Shown piece after piece: positions 8,812-18,245 of a stretch of DNA of 64,000 nucleotides. The translations under genes and the position numbers were made by a program. How positions within the stretch are numbered: the first letter of the stretch is position 1; every line of letters starts with the position of its first letter. Under the pieces are notes generated by a model, which had not been told where the DNA came from, searched no databases, and worked only from the letters and a program-made list of their open reading frames with translations. Source of the DNA: an uncultured Brevinematales bacterium (GTDB taxonomy: Bacteria > Spirochaetota > Brevinematia > Brevinematales > JAOACQ01); assembly GCA_964533855.1 (NCBI GenBank), contig CAZHNM010000007.1, positions 22,552-86,551 on the forward strand, written 5' to 3'.

Positions 8812-9870
8812 ATGAAAATCCGCAAAATAGCGTTTTTTGATTCGAAGGCTTATGACAGCGAGTATTTCGACAAGCTCAACGACGGGGAATTCGGATATGA
8901 ACTGAAATATTTCAAGGGACATCTGACTCCAGATACGATACCTATTGCGAAGGGTTATGATGCTGTGTGCCTTTTTGTCAATGATGTGGCGAATGCTGAG
9001 ATTATCAGCAGTCTGAAAGACTTCGGAATAGGCCTCATAGCAATGCGCTGCGCAGGCTATAATAATGTTGACCTCAAGGCGGCATACGGCAATGTTCATG
9101 TCGTTCGCGTCCCGTCCTATTCTCCCTATGCCGTAGCAGAACATGCGGTTGCATTGATGCTGACACTTAACAGGAAAACCCATAAGGCATATTACCGAAA
9201 CCTCGATAAAAATTTTACTATAACGGGACTTCTCGGATTCGACATGAATCAAAAAACCGCGGGAATAATCGGCACAGGGCAGATCGGGAAAGTTCTTATC
9301 CGCATTCTCAAGGGTTTCGGAATGAAAATCCTCGCTTATGATGCTTTTCCGGATAAAGCATTCGCGGAGAAAGAGGGTTTTGAATATACAACGCTCGACA
9401 GCCTATACAGGCAGGCGGATATAATTTCACTTCATTGCCCTCTGACGCCTGAAACACAGTATATGATAGATGAAAAATCGATCGGTATAATGAAAGACGG
9501 GGTGATGATAATAAACACGAGCAGGGGCAAGCTTATTAAGACAAAGGCATTGATAGACGGCCTTAAAAATAAAAAAATAGGGTATGCCGGTCTTGACGTC
9601 TATGAGGAAGAAAGCGAGTATTTCTTTGAGGACAAATCCGGCGACGTGCTTGATGATGATGTTCTTGCAAGGCTTCTGTCTTTTAACAATGTAATAGTGA
9701 CCAGCCACCAGGCATTTTTTACAAAAGAGGCCCTGACAAACATTGCCCGGACAACTCTACAGAACATCAAGGATTATTTTGAAGGAAATCCTTTGAAAAA
9801 CGAGATCTGCTATAACTGCGGGCAACCGAAGAAAAATTGTTCGAAAATAAAAGGGGGAAGGTGTTTCTAG
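8812..9870 (+). CDS. ldhA: D-lactate dehydrogenase / D-isomer-specific 2-hydroxyacid dehydrogenase with Cys-rich C-terminal tail
   Basis: 352 aa. NAD-binding GIIGTGQIGKV; catalytic-domain motifs (MRCAGYNNVD, INTSRGKLI, VTSHQAFFT) typical of LdhA. Confidence 0.8.
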   Translation: MKIRKIAFFDSKAYDSEYFDKLNDGEFGYELKYFKGHLTPDTIPIAKGYDAVCLFVNDVANAEIISSLKDFGIGLIAMRCAGYNNVDLKAAYGNVHVVRVPSYSPYAVAEHAVALMLTLNRKTHKAYYRNLDKNFTITGLLGFDMNQKTAGIIGTGQIGKVLIRILKGFGMKILAYDAFPDKAFAEKEGFEYTTLDSLYRQADIISLHCPLTPETQYMIDEKSIGIMKDGVMIINTSRGKLIKTKALIDGLKNKKIGYAGLDVYEEESEYFFEDKSGDVLDDDVLARLLSFNNVIVTSHQAFFTKEALTNIARTTLQNIKDYFEGNPLKNEICYNCGQPKKNCSKIKGGRCF

Positions 9871-9945
9871 AAAATCTATAATGGACATTACGGATGGAAT
9901 AGAATTTGTTGCTTTAAAAAAGTTAATATTATGTTATAATCTGAT

Positions 9946-12570
9946 ATGCCTGAATCAATATTAAAAACCAAACTGATTATCCCCCTTCTCAGGCCGGACA
10001 TAGTCCTCCGTCCTCATCTTTTCAGCAGTCTTAACGAGGGTCTAAAGTGCAAACTTACACTTGTGTCCGCCCCGGCAGGCTTTGGTAAAACAACTCTTGT
10101 CGGATCCTGGGCTGCAGGCTGCGGTATGCCAGCAGCCTGGCTGTCTCTTGATGAAGGGGATAGCGACCCTGCAGTTTTTTTCTCCTACCTCACGGCCAGT
10201 CTTCAGACAATTGTCCCTGACATCTGTAAAAGTGTGACGGGCCTGCTCCAATCACCCCAGCCTCCGGTAGAATCTATCCTGACAGTGCTGCTAAATGATA
10301 TCTCGAATATTCCCGCCGTCCCGGAAAATTTTATACTCGTTCTTGACGACTATCATGTTATCGATTCCAGGATCCTTGATAAGGCCCTTGCTTATCTGCT
10401 GGAGCACCAGCCGCCCCGGATGCACATTATAATCGCCACTCGTGAAGACCCCGATCTGCCCCTTGCCAGGCTGCGAGCACGTGGGGAATTGACTGAAATC
10501 CGTACAGCTGATTTGAGGTTTACACCCGTGCAAGCCGCCGGGTTTTTCCGGGGGGTTATGGGGCTGAACCTTTCTGCAGAAGAGGTCGCAGCACTGGAAG
10601 CCAGAACAGAAGGCTGGATTGCAGGACTTCAGCTGGCGGCGATTTCAATGCAGGGACAGAAAGATGTCTCCGGCTTTATTAAATCTTTCACCGGGAGCCA
10701 TCATTTTATTATGGACTATCTCCTTGAAGAAGTCCTGCAGCAACAGTCTCCGGAAGTACAGGCTTTCCTGCTCCGCACGTCCATACTTGACCGCCTGTGC
10801 GGCCCTCTCTGCGATGCGGTGACACTCGAATCATCAGGGCAGGAAACTCTTGAATATCTCGAACATGCCAATATGTTCATAGTGCCGCTTGATCATGAGC
10901 GGCATTGGTACCGGTATCACCGCCTTTTTGCCGATCTTCTCAGGCAGCGCCTCAGCAGCCGCCAGGACCTTTCGGCAGACCAGGCTGCCGGATACCACAA
11001 GCGGGCCAGCAGCTGGTATGAAGAAAACGGGTTTGAGATTGAAGCTTTTCACCATGCCGCCGCAGCAAATGATATCGACCTGGCTGTACGCCTTATTGAG
11101 GGAAAAGTGATGCCGCTTCACTTCCGGGGAACAATGGCAGTAATTACTATATTAAAGTGGTTAGAGTCGCTGCCGGGGACTGTACTGGAAAAGCGGCCGC
11201 CGCTGCTGGTAAAATATGCCTCGCTTATGCTTGTTACCGGCCGGACGACCGGTGTTGAAGAGAAACTGCAGGCTGCAGAAACAGCCATGGAGGGCGCTGA
11301 GCAGGACGGCAACACCCGTAATCTTATCGGACAAATTGCAGCAGCTAGGGCTACTCTGGCTCTCAGCAGGTACGATGTTGAAACCATGATCTCCCAGTCC
11401 CGCCGTGCCCTGGAAAACCTTGATCCCGGCAACCTGCCTTTACGCAATATAGCTATCTGGACCCTTGGTGTAGCCTATCATTACCAGGGAGACCGTGCCC
11501 GGGCCAGCCGGGCCTACAGCGAAGCCATGTCTATAAGCCAGGCGACCGGTGATATCCTGAATACCCTACTGTCTGCAATCGGCATGGGCAATATACAGGA
11601 AGCGGAAAACCAGCTTTATCAGGCGGCTGATACCTACAGGCGCGTTCTGAAGCTGGAAGGAGATACCCCGCAGCCGGTTTCCTACGAAGCCCATCTCGGC
11701 CTGGCTCGTATCTCCTACGAATGGAACGACCTGGAAGCTGCAGAAAAATTCGGACAGCAGAGCCTCATTCTGGCGCGGCAGTATGACAGGGTTATCGACA
11801 GATTTGTCATCTGCGAGGTGTTTCTTGCCCGCCTGAAGCTTGCCCTTGGCGATGCTGCAGGTGCAGCCGATATTTTACACCGGTCCGGTCAGTTTGCAAG
11901 GGATAATAATTTTGTACACAGGATACCTGAGGTTGCTGCAGCACAGGTGCTTACATTCATACGCCAGGGCAACCTTGAGGCAGCCGCCAGCCTGCTTGAG
12001 AAGCACGAAAATCCTGTAAGCCGGGCAAGGCTGCTCCTGGCCCGTGGAAACCCGTCAGCAGCATTTGCTTTACTGGAAGATCTAAGGGAGCAGGCGGAAT
12101 CAAGAGGCTGGAAGGATGAACTGCTTAGGGTCAAAATCCTTCAGGCGATCGCTCTTCATGAGAATGGCGATAAAAACGGGGCTGTTCAGGCTATAGGCGC
12201 CGCACTTGCGGAGGCGCAGAGCGGCGGTTTTATCCGTATCTTTGTTGATGAAGGTATCCCGATGGCCAATCTGCTGTCAAGCGCGGCGGGAAAGGGCGTT
12301 ATGTCTAAGGGAGTCTCCCCTGAATATTTGGGCAGGCTAATGGCCGCTTTTAAACCTGAAAAATCACAACCTCTGATAGAGGAGTTGAGCCGGAGGGAGC
12401 TGGAAGTTCTCCGTCTCATTGCTGCAGGATTTTCCAATCAGGAGATTTGCGAGAGGCTATTCCTTGCCCTGAGTTCGGTTAAAGGGCATAACAAAAATAT
12501 ATTCGCCAAACTGCAGGTCCGGAGCCGCACAGAAGCTGCGGTGCGAGCCCGCGAACTGGGTCTGCTCTAG
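9946..12570 (+). CDS. MalT-like STAND ATPase / LuxR-family transcriptional regulator
   Basis: 874 aa. Walker A (SAPAGFGKTT), Walker B-like LVLDDYH, long TPR-like middle region, C-terminal LuxR/GerE HTH (LSRRELEVLRLIAAGFSNQEICERLFLALSSVKGHNKNIFAKL). No obvious SD. Higher G+C than its neighbours. Confidence 0.85.
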   Translation: MPESILKTKLIIPLLRPDIVLRPHLFSSLNEGLKCKLTLVSAPAGFGKTTLVGSWAAGCGMPAAWLSLDEGDSDPAVFFSYLTASLQTIVPDICKSVTGLLQSPQPPVESILTVLLNDISNIPAVPENFILVLDDYHVIDSRILDKALAYLLEHQPPRMHIIIATREDPDLPLARLRARGELTEIRTADLRFTPVQAAGFFRGVMGLNLSAEEVAALEARTEGWIAGLQLAAISMQGQKDVSGFIKSFTGSHHFIMDYLLEEVLQQQSPEVQAFLLRTSILDRLCGPLCDAVTLESSGQETLEYLEHANMFIVPLDHERHWYRYHRLFADLLRQRLSSRQDLSADQAAGYHKRASSWYEENGFEIEAFHHAAAANDIDLAVRLIEGKVMPLHFRGTMAVITILKWLESLPGTVLEKRPPLLVKYASLMLVTGRTTGVEEKLQAAETAMEGAEQDGNTRNLIGQIAAARATLALSRYDVETMISQSRRALENLDPGNLPLRNIAIWTLGVAYHYQGDRARASRAYSEAMSISQATGDILNTLLSAIGMGNIQEAENQLYQAADTYRRVLKLEGDTPQPVSYEAHLGLARISYEWNDLEAAEKFGQQSLILARQYDRVIDRFVICEVFLARLKLALGDAAGAADILHRSGQFARDNNFVHRIPEVAAAQVLTFIRQGNLEAAASLLEKHENPVSRARLLLARGNPSAAFALLEDLREQAESRGWKDELLRVKILQAIALHENGDKNGAVQAIGAALAEAQSGGFIRIFVDEGIPMANLLSSAAGKGVMSKGVSPEYLGRLMAAFKPEKSQPLIEELSRRELEVLRLIAAGFSNQEICERLFLALSSVKGHNKNIFAKLQVRSRTEAAVRARELGLL

Positions 12571-12640
12571 TTTATATCCTCCCATCAAAAACAATACCTC
12601 AAAACAGTACTTTAGTATCTTTATGGCAATACCTTACAGC

Positions 12641-12661
12641 TTCTATAATATCATTATAGAA
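12641..12661. promoter_or_regulatory. 21-bp perfect palindrome (candidate operator) overlapping a TATAAT hexamer
   Basis: TTCTATAAT-ATC-ATTATAGAA, 27 nt upstream of ATG 12688. Confidence 0.4.
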
Positions 12662-12687
12662 TTGCAGAAGAAGGATAAGGAGGTATT

Positions 12688-13500
12688 ATGCCAAGATTAA
12701 TAATTATTATTTTTGCATTTATCCCGGCAATATACGGGTGCTTCTTTACAGGAAACGGGAAAAATCCTGCTCCTGTAAATAGAGTTGCCATCACTGACGG
12801 GGAATTTCTTGTTTACGGCTTTTATAACGGAGGCGAGAAAACCGGGGTCATGAATATTGTAACACGGCTGGAAGGGAACGACAGGGCTGTCATGTACATA
12901 GACAGGACAAATACTGAAGAGAATATGCCTTCAAATTACACCAATTATCATGAAAAGCTGGAGATTTCGTTATCAGCCGGTTCTATAATAAAAATCCAAG
13001 AAAACCGGCTTGATGAACTGAAGAGGACAAAACAGAAAGGGAAGGCCGGCTTTGAGATAGATATCAATACCAATGATATGGTAGCCTTCTGCAGGGAATA
13101 TGACTGGGATGGTGCTAAGATTTCGACAATTAACAGCCGCATGCCCTTAAAAAAAGGATATTCATACTGGGATCCCGATTCTATCGTCATAGGGTTACGC
13201 TTCCTCGACATGAAAAAGAACGGAATCGCTTATTCCATCATTCCCCGGGTTGTGAAAGCGCCGATTCCTCTTTGCTTTAAATATTACGGCGATGAAAAAA
13301 TCGATATACCGGCGGGAAAATTTGAGGCTGGAAAATACGGCTACGCCGTCGCTGATCCATTCCTTGGGAAACTGATCCGGCTTCTCCATGATGCTTCGCA
13401 GGACTATTTATATATTGAAAAAAGCGAAAGGGGATTGCTTGTCGAGACAAAAACTTCGGACAGCATTACGAAGCTTGAAAAGATCGGAGCCTGGAAATGA
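12688..13500 (+). CDS. putative lipoprotein (possibly DUF3108-like), function unknown
   Basis: 270 aa. Signal peptide with lipobox-like IPAIYGC; strong SD AAGGAGG. No enzymatic motif recognised. Confidence 0.65.
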   Translation: MPRLIIIIFAFIPAIYGCFFTGNGKNPAPVNRVAITDGEFLVYGFYNGGEKTGVMNIVTRLEGNDRAVMYIDRTNTEENMPSNYTNYHEKLEISLSAGSIIKIQENRLDELKRTKQKGKAGFEIDINTNDMVAFCREYDWDGAKISTINSRMPLKKGYSYWDPDSIVIGLRFLDMKKNGIAYSIIPRVVKAPIPLCFKYYGDEKIDIPAGKFEAGKYGYAVADPFLGKLIRLLHDASQDYLYIEKSERGLLVETKTSDSITKLEKIGAWK

Positions 13501-13703
13501 TCTATCAGATAAGGATAAAGGGCCACCTGAGCTATCAATGGGCAAGCTGGTTCAACGACCTTGCTCTCACCCAGGAAAATAACGGCGATACGCTTATTAC
13601 GGGCCCGGTAGCCGATCAGGCTGCCCTTCATGGGCTGATAAAAAAAGTTTTTAATCTCGGCTTGCCTCTTATCTCGGTCAATCCTGTCGAATTTGAAAAA
13701 TAA
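13497..13703 (+). CDS. small conserved hypothetical protein (68 aa)
   Basis: ATGA start/stop overlap with the lipoprotein gene. The sequence (IRIKGHLSYQWASWFNDL..GPVADQAALHGLIKKVFNLGLPLISV) resembles a widespread uncharacterised small-protein family I recall from memory; not verified. Confidence 0.55.
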   Translation: MIYQIRIKGHLSYQWASWFNDLALTQENNGDTLITGPVADQAALHGLIKKVFNLGLPLISVNPVEFEK

Positions 13704-13707
13704 ACTG

Positions 13708-13753
13708 TATAAGCGCCGCTAAGGGTACAATTACCCTAAACGGCACTAAGGAG
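13708..13753 (+). promoter_or_regulatory. class A structured intercistronic element abutting the SD
   Basis: UAUAAG + stem AGCGCCG/CGGCACU (one C.A mismatch) enclosing GGGUA-CAAU-UACCC, followed directly by AAGGAG and GTG 13761. Confidence 0.5.
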
Positions 13754-13760
13754 TAATTTT

Positions 13761-16148
13761 GTGAAGAGAATATTATTGATGCTTTCCTTAACATTTGCTG
13801 CGGCCGCAATGTCATTCCCGGCAAACCTCTTGTTAAAAGTCACAGACGGTTCTTCCGTCGCACTGGAAGATGCAAGTATTGTAATTCCCGGACTCAAGTT
13901 AAATCAGCTGACTGATGACAGGGGTATCTGTGTTTTTAAAAATCTGCCAGGAGGAAAGTACACACTGTTTGCCATACTGCCGGGGTTTGAAAAATACTCA
14001 AATACTGTTGAATTAAATGGTTCGAACATGAATATCAATATTAGCATGAAGGCTGCTGCATATTCCTTAGGCGAAATTAACGTCGAATCGAAAAGGAATG
14101 AAGGAAAAGTAGACAATCAGACAACCGTGAAAAAAGATGAGCTCTATGCAAACTCCCAGACAGTTATGAACGACTCTGTAAAAACTCTCCAGCTTATGCC
14201 CGGAGTTTCTTCAGGCGGAGGCGCTGCGAACAGCGCCATGTTCATCCAGGGGGGAAATTCAGACGAGTGGATAGCTTACATGGATGGAATTTACATACAA
14301 AACCCGATGAGATGGAACGGTTACATGAACACTACGATGCTGGCAAGCTATATAAGCGTATCCATGTTCAATCCTTATGTCGTAGACAGCATAGATCTTT
14401 ATACTGCAGGCTATCCTGCAATATACGGACAGGGCCTTTCGGGCGTGGTCGCGGTCGATACCGTCAACGGGAGCAGCGACAGGTGGAAGGGTTTTATTGA
14501 TGTTTCCCTTATGGCTGCTGAAATACTGGCAGAAGGGCCCGTAAAATCGAATCTGACAGTAGTTTTCGACATGAGAAGGACTTATTATGATCTCTGGCTT
14601 CCGGTTGTCTTTTCAATAGACGAAGGATCCGAAACCGTATTTCCATATCTCTGGGACGGTTTTCTCAAGCTCAGCTGGGATATTTCACCCGAAGACAGGC
14701 TCTCCTTCGACGGGTATTTTTCGCTGGAGGGAATGGACTGGTCGCTTACTGCCGATACGAATGCACCTCAAAACGGTTATAATTATTCCGGGGAGTATGA
14801 ATACCAGGTCCTGAATGTAATAGGCAGCGCGAAATATTATCATAATTTCGGAACGGGAGACTCCTTCGATATCGTCGCCGGGATAATGCCGGTTATAGGA
14901 AATATCGATATAAGCTCAGGCCTGTCATTAAACCTTAATGAAAATTTCAGCCAGTATTTCTACCAGCTTAGTTCGGATTATTATCTGAATTCAATAAACG
15001 GGCATAAAATACAGGCAGGCGGCATCGTTTTATACGACAATCCCTCGTTCGGAAATGAACAGATGAGCCAGTACATGCTCACTCCCCAGGGCACATGGAC
15101 GAATATTCAGAACATAAATCTGACTATCAATAATCTCCAGGCCGCTTATTATGCCGCTTACCTCATGGATAACTGGGAGATCCTGCCGTCCTTTATACTG
15201 GAGCTTGGCGGCAGGGAGGAATATTACACACTTAACAATGAATACGCGTTCAACCCCCAGGGCGGAATAAAGTGGGAGAGCACTGAAAACCTGGACTTCT
15301 ATATAAAGGGGGGCCTTTATCATGAATATCCTATGAATATCCTCGAGCTCAACAGCCTGACAGGAAACCCTGACCTGCAGAGCGAAAAAGTCTATCATGC
15401 GATTGCCGGTTTGGATTACAGCGATTCGGACTATATGTTCAGGATAGAAGGATTTTACAAGTATTACTATGATCTCGATGAAACTGATTCCCTTCTCAAC
15501 ATCAATAATTGCGGGATCAGAAACGTGTACGGCGGGGATGTCTACATCCAGAAAAAGCCTAAAAAGGGTGACTGGCTGTCAGGCTGGATATCATATACTT
15601 ATGTCAAAGGTATGGAGGAGCTTACCAACCGTTCTCCCGAAGATCCCGCTAACCCGTACCAGATGCCCCTCAATCAGCAATTTGTGCCTGCATTCCTGAT
15701 TTCGCATACAATTTCCGCTCTTGTCGAGCTGACATATTATAAGAACCAGGACCTGCGGCCATCATTCTTCGATTTTATGAATGAATGGAAATTTTCTGCC
15801 GAGCTGACGATGGAGAGCGGTATTCCTTATACTCCCGTCACGAATTATACGGCGAACAGCGTTAACGGCATGCCGCAATATTATTTTTATAACGGTGCAT
15901 ATGACAGCATGCTTACACCCTGGTACTGCAAGCTCGATCTGAAATTGACCATGCCTTTCGACGCAGGCTGGCTGAAAGGCTGCTTGGGCCCCTATGTCCG
16001 CGGATATGTTTACATTGAAGTCCTCAACGCCCTGAATTATAATAACATTTTATCTTACAATTATTCGGTTAATAACGGGCAATTGACAAAAAACCCTGTA
16101 AACGACCTGCCGCTTATACCCCTCGGAGGGTTCAGGATCGAATTTTAA
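13761..16148 (+). CDS. TonB-dependent receptor with N-terminal carboxypeptidase-regulatory-like domain
   Basis: 795 aa, GTG start, signal peptide. CarboxypepD_reg-like N-domain (GGKYTLFAILPGFEKY), plug-like motifs (TLQLMPGVSS..IQGGNSDE..MDGIYI..YGQGLSGVVAV), long Y/N/G-rich barrel ending GGFRIEF. Confidence 0.8.
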   Translation: MKRILLMLSLTFAAAAMSFPANLLLKVTDGSSVALEDASIVIPGLKLNQLTDDRGICVFKNLPGGKYTLFAILPGFEKYSNTVELNGSNMNINISMKAAAYSLGEINVESKRNEGKVDNQTTVKKDELYANSQTVMNDSVKTLQLMPGVSSGGGAANSAMFIQGGNSDEWIAYMDGIYIQNPMRWNGYMNTTMLASYISVSMFNPYVVDSIDLYTAGYPAIYGQGLSGVVAVDTVNGSSDRWKGFIDVSLMAAEILAEGPVKSNLTVVFDMRRTYYDLWLPVVFSIDEGSETVFPYLWDGFLKLSWDISPEDRLSFDGYFSLEGMDWSLTADTNAPQNGYNYSGEYEYQVLNVIGSAKYYHNFGTGDSFDIVAGIMPVIGNIDISSGLSLNLNENFSQYFYQLSSDYYLNSINGHKIQAGGIVLYDNPSFGNEQMSQYMLTPQGTWTNIQNINLTINNLQAAYYAAYLMDNWEILPSFILELGGREEYYTLNNEYAFNPQGGIKWESTENLDFYIKGGLYHEYPMNILELNSLTGNPDLQSEKVYHAIAGLDYSDSDYMFRIEGFYKYYYDLDETDSLLNINNCGIRNVYGGDVYIQKKPKKGDWLSGWISYTYVKGMEELTNRSPEDPANPYQMPLNQQFVPAFLISHTISALVELTYYKNQDLRPSFFDFMNEWKFSAELTMESGIPYTPVTNYTANSVNGMPQYYFYNGAYDSMLTPWYCKLDLKLTMPFDAGWLKGCLGPYVRGYVYIEVLNALNYNNILSYNYSVNNGQLTKNPVNDLPLIPLGGFRIEF

Positions 16149-16789
16149 TTAAGCGGGCCGGTCTTCCGGCCCGTTTTTATCTGTTTCCTGCAAATTACGG
16201 TAAAATCATTGGGGAGGTAATTGTCGAGAATTTCTATACTGAAAGTTTCGCCTGGCACGGTTTTGAGAATGCTCCGGACGTCGTCGGGCTGGTAATAAAA
16301 ATACCGGTTATCCTTATCGGACGACCTCATATGCAATAAGTTGAAAACGACCGCTTTCTTTGCGAAACTCAACAGCCTGTTCACGGCGAAAGGAAGAAAA
16401 TTCCGGTTATTACCCAAATTGATATTGAAAATCCCCGAAGAGAAAACAATATCGTAAATGCCGCTTATCCCATGGTTTTCATTAAAAACATCAGTCAGAT
16501 ATATCTTCGTGCCTGGATACCTTTTTTTGGCTATTTCGACCATTTCGGTCATTATATCCGTTCCCGTGTAATCCGTCTTGATACCAAGACTGTTCAAATA
16601 TTTAAGGAGGCTGCACAGCCCGCACCCGACATCGAGGAGGCTTTTTCCTGTCAATTCGAAAGCGTCCGTCAGTACTGAAAAACGGCGCAATTGCGCTTCT
16701 TTTGTTTCCCAGCCTAATATTTCATGATCCTCTGATGTTATATAAATCCTTGTTTTATAGTATTTCCGTATCGATTTTATACGACTCAT
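16145..16789 (-). CDS. class I SAM-dependent methyltransferase
   Basis: 214 aa with SAM motif I LLDVGCGLCSL. Its 3' end overlaps the convergent receptor gene by 4 nt. Confidence 0.8.
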   Translation of the reverse strand: MSRIKSIRKYYKTRIYITSEDHEILGWETKEAQLRRFSVLTDAFELTGKSLLDVGCGLCSLLKYLNSLGIKTDYTGTDIMTEMVEIAKKRYPGTKIYLTDVFNENHGISGIYDIVFSSGIFNINLGNNRNFLPFAVNRLLSFAKKAVVFNLLHMRSSDKDNRYFYYQPDDVRSILKTVPGETFSIEILDNYLPNDFTVICRKQIKTGRKTGPLN

Positions 16790-16947
16790 GCTTATTAATC
16801 CGTCCTGTCGAAAAACCTCTCAGGAGTAGTCTTGATGATGTATATTATCTTAATAAAAAAAGGGAAAGTCAAGGCCCATTTTGACGGATCGTTTTTTCCG
16901 CCTGACCGTATCGGGCAATTTGCAAGGAAATAGCCGCAGCGGAAAGT

Positions 16948-18243
16948 TTAAAGGATGTAATGAAATTCGAGCTCATAAGTGGTAGCGGCAAACAACATAA
17001 ACCCGGAAAAAGGGCTCCCAAAATCGAACGAGAACGTTCCGGACACCAGCAGGTGTTCCCAGCCGCAGTAAGTTAAATTAAAGATTTGCACACCGCTTAA
17101 GTCATCCAGGTTCATAAGAGTCGTGCTTGTCAGAGAGAATTTTGCGATAGTTCTCGAAGGTGAGAGCCTTATCATTACAAAATTCTGCCCGTAGTCCAGA
17201 TAGTAATTGGCGCCAAAGAATTGCGCCAAAGTTCCCAGATTTGCCGGGCTGAAAATTCCCTCCGGATTCGAGTCGTAAGCACTCCTGAAATCTTTCATCG
17301 CATTCAATATATCATTCCACTGACTGTAATTGAAGCCTGAAGAATTATAATAATATTCAAGCATAATACTGATGGGATCTCCGTTGTAAGACCCTCCAAG
17401 AACGATCTTGAAAATGTTGGAAAGTTGCTGTGGTGCGATCCCGAGGAGCGGTGAATATGTGTCAGTCAAATCGTTTGTTGTAAGAATGTAACGGTAAGTT
17501 GAACTAATCCATACTCCCTCGGCATGCGCTTCAATAAAATCTCCTATAGTGGTTGAAAGACCTGTCCCCGCGCTCAAGTTAGTATCGTAATTCAGGGCAA
17601 ATGCAAAATCGATGCCGGAAATGGTGTTATTATAGCGTAACTCCTCTTCCTGATTTTGGGAGCTTGAAAAATATGCCGTTAAGTTACTGGAAAAAATAAT
17701 TTCCGGAATATAGCAGAATCCGAACTGACCGATATCTGTATACCAGTCTAGATTTGCCATGTATTTGCCTTCCGAGAACATGGTATCAAACGATTTATCC
17801 CTCGAAACATCGTTATAAGATCTCATAGCGAAATCCATCGGCGTCACAAGGAAAGACATGCTTTGCGATACTTTCTTTTTCCCGAGATCTAAATAAAAAT
17901 CCATTAGATTATATGATGCATAAATCTCGGAAAGGTAGTTTGTCACAGGGAAGTTTGTTACAATAGTCGTGAAACCTATGTCGCATGCCTGAATAGAAAA
18001 TGGATCGCTTTTCCATTTGAAATCCAGGTAATATTGTGCTGCGTCGTATACTCCCGAATAAATACCGAAAACATTGTCAGGATCGATCGGGCTCGAATAT
18101 GAAGAATATTTTTCATCATCAAAAATTTCAGCATTATAGCTAATATAATGCCGGACATCGTTAGAGTCACCATTTGCAGTTGCAAAACACAGAAGCAAGC
18201 TAAAAAACGCGAATGAGCAGATAAGAGATTTTGAAAAAATCAC
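16948..18243 (-). CDS. putative outer-membrane beta-barrel protein, function unknown
   Basis: 431 aa. Signal peptide (FAFFSLLLCFATANG); Y/F/N/S/G-rich alternating pattern typical of OM barrels. Immediately downstream of the LolA-like gene. Confidence 0.6.
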   Translation of the reverse strand: MIFSKSLICSFAFFSLLLCFATANGDSNDVRHYISYNAEIFDDEKYSSYSSPIDPDNVFGIYSGVYDAAQYYLDFKWKSDPFSIQACDIGFTTIVTNFPVTNYLSEIYASYNLMDFYLDLGKKKVSQSMSFLVTPMDFAMRSYNDVSRDKSFDTMFSEGKYMANLDWYTDIGQFGFCYIPEIIFSSNLTAYFSSSQNQEEELRYNNTISGIDFAFALNYDTNLSAGTGLSTTIGDFIEAHAEGVWISSTYRYILTTNDLTDTYSPLLGIAPQQLSNIFKIVLGGSYNGDPISIMLEYYYNSSGFNYSQWNDILNAMKDFRSAYDSNPEGIFSPANLGTLAQFFGANYYLDYGQNFVMIRLSPSRTIAKFSLTSTTLMNLDDLSGVQIFNLTYCGWEHLLVSGTFSFDFGSPFSGFMLFAATTYELEFHYIL

Positions 18244-18245
18244 TC

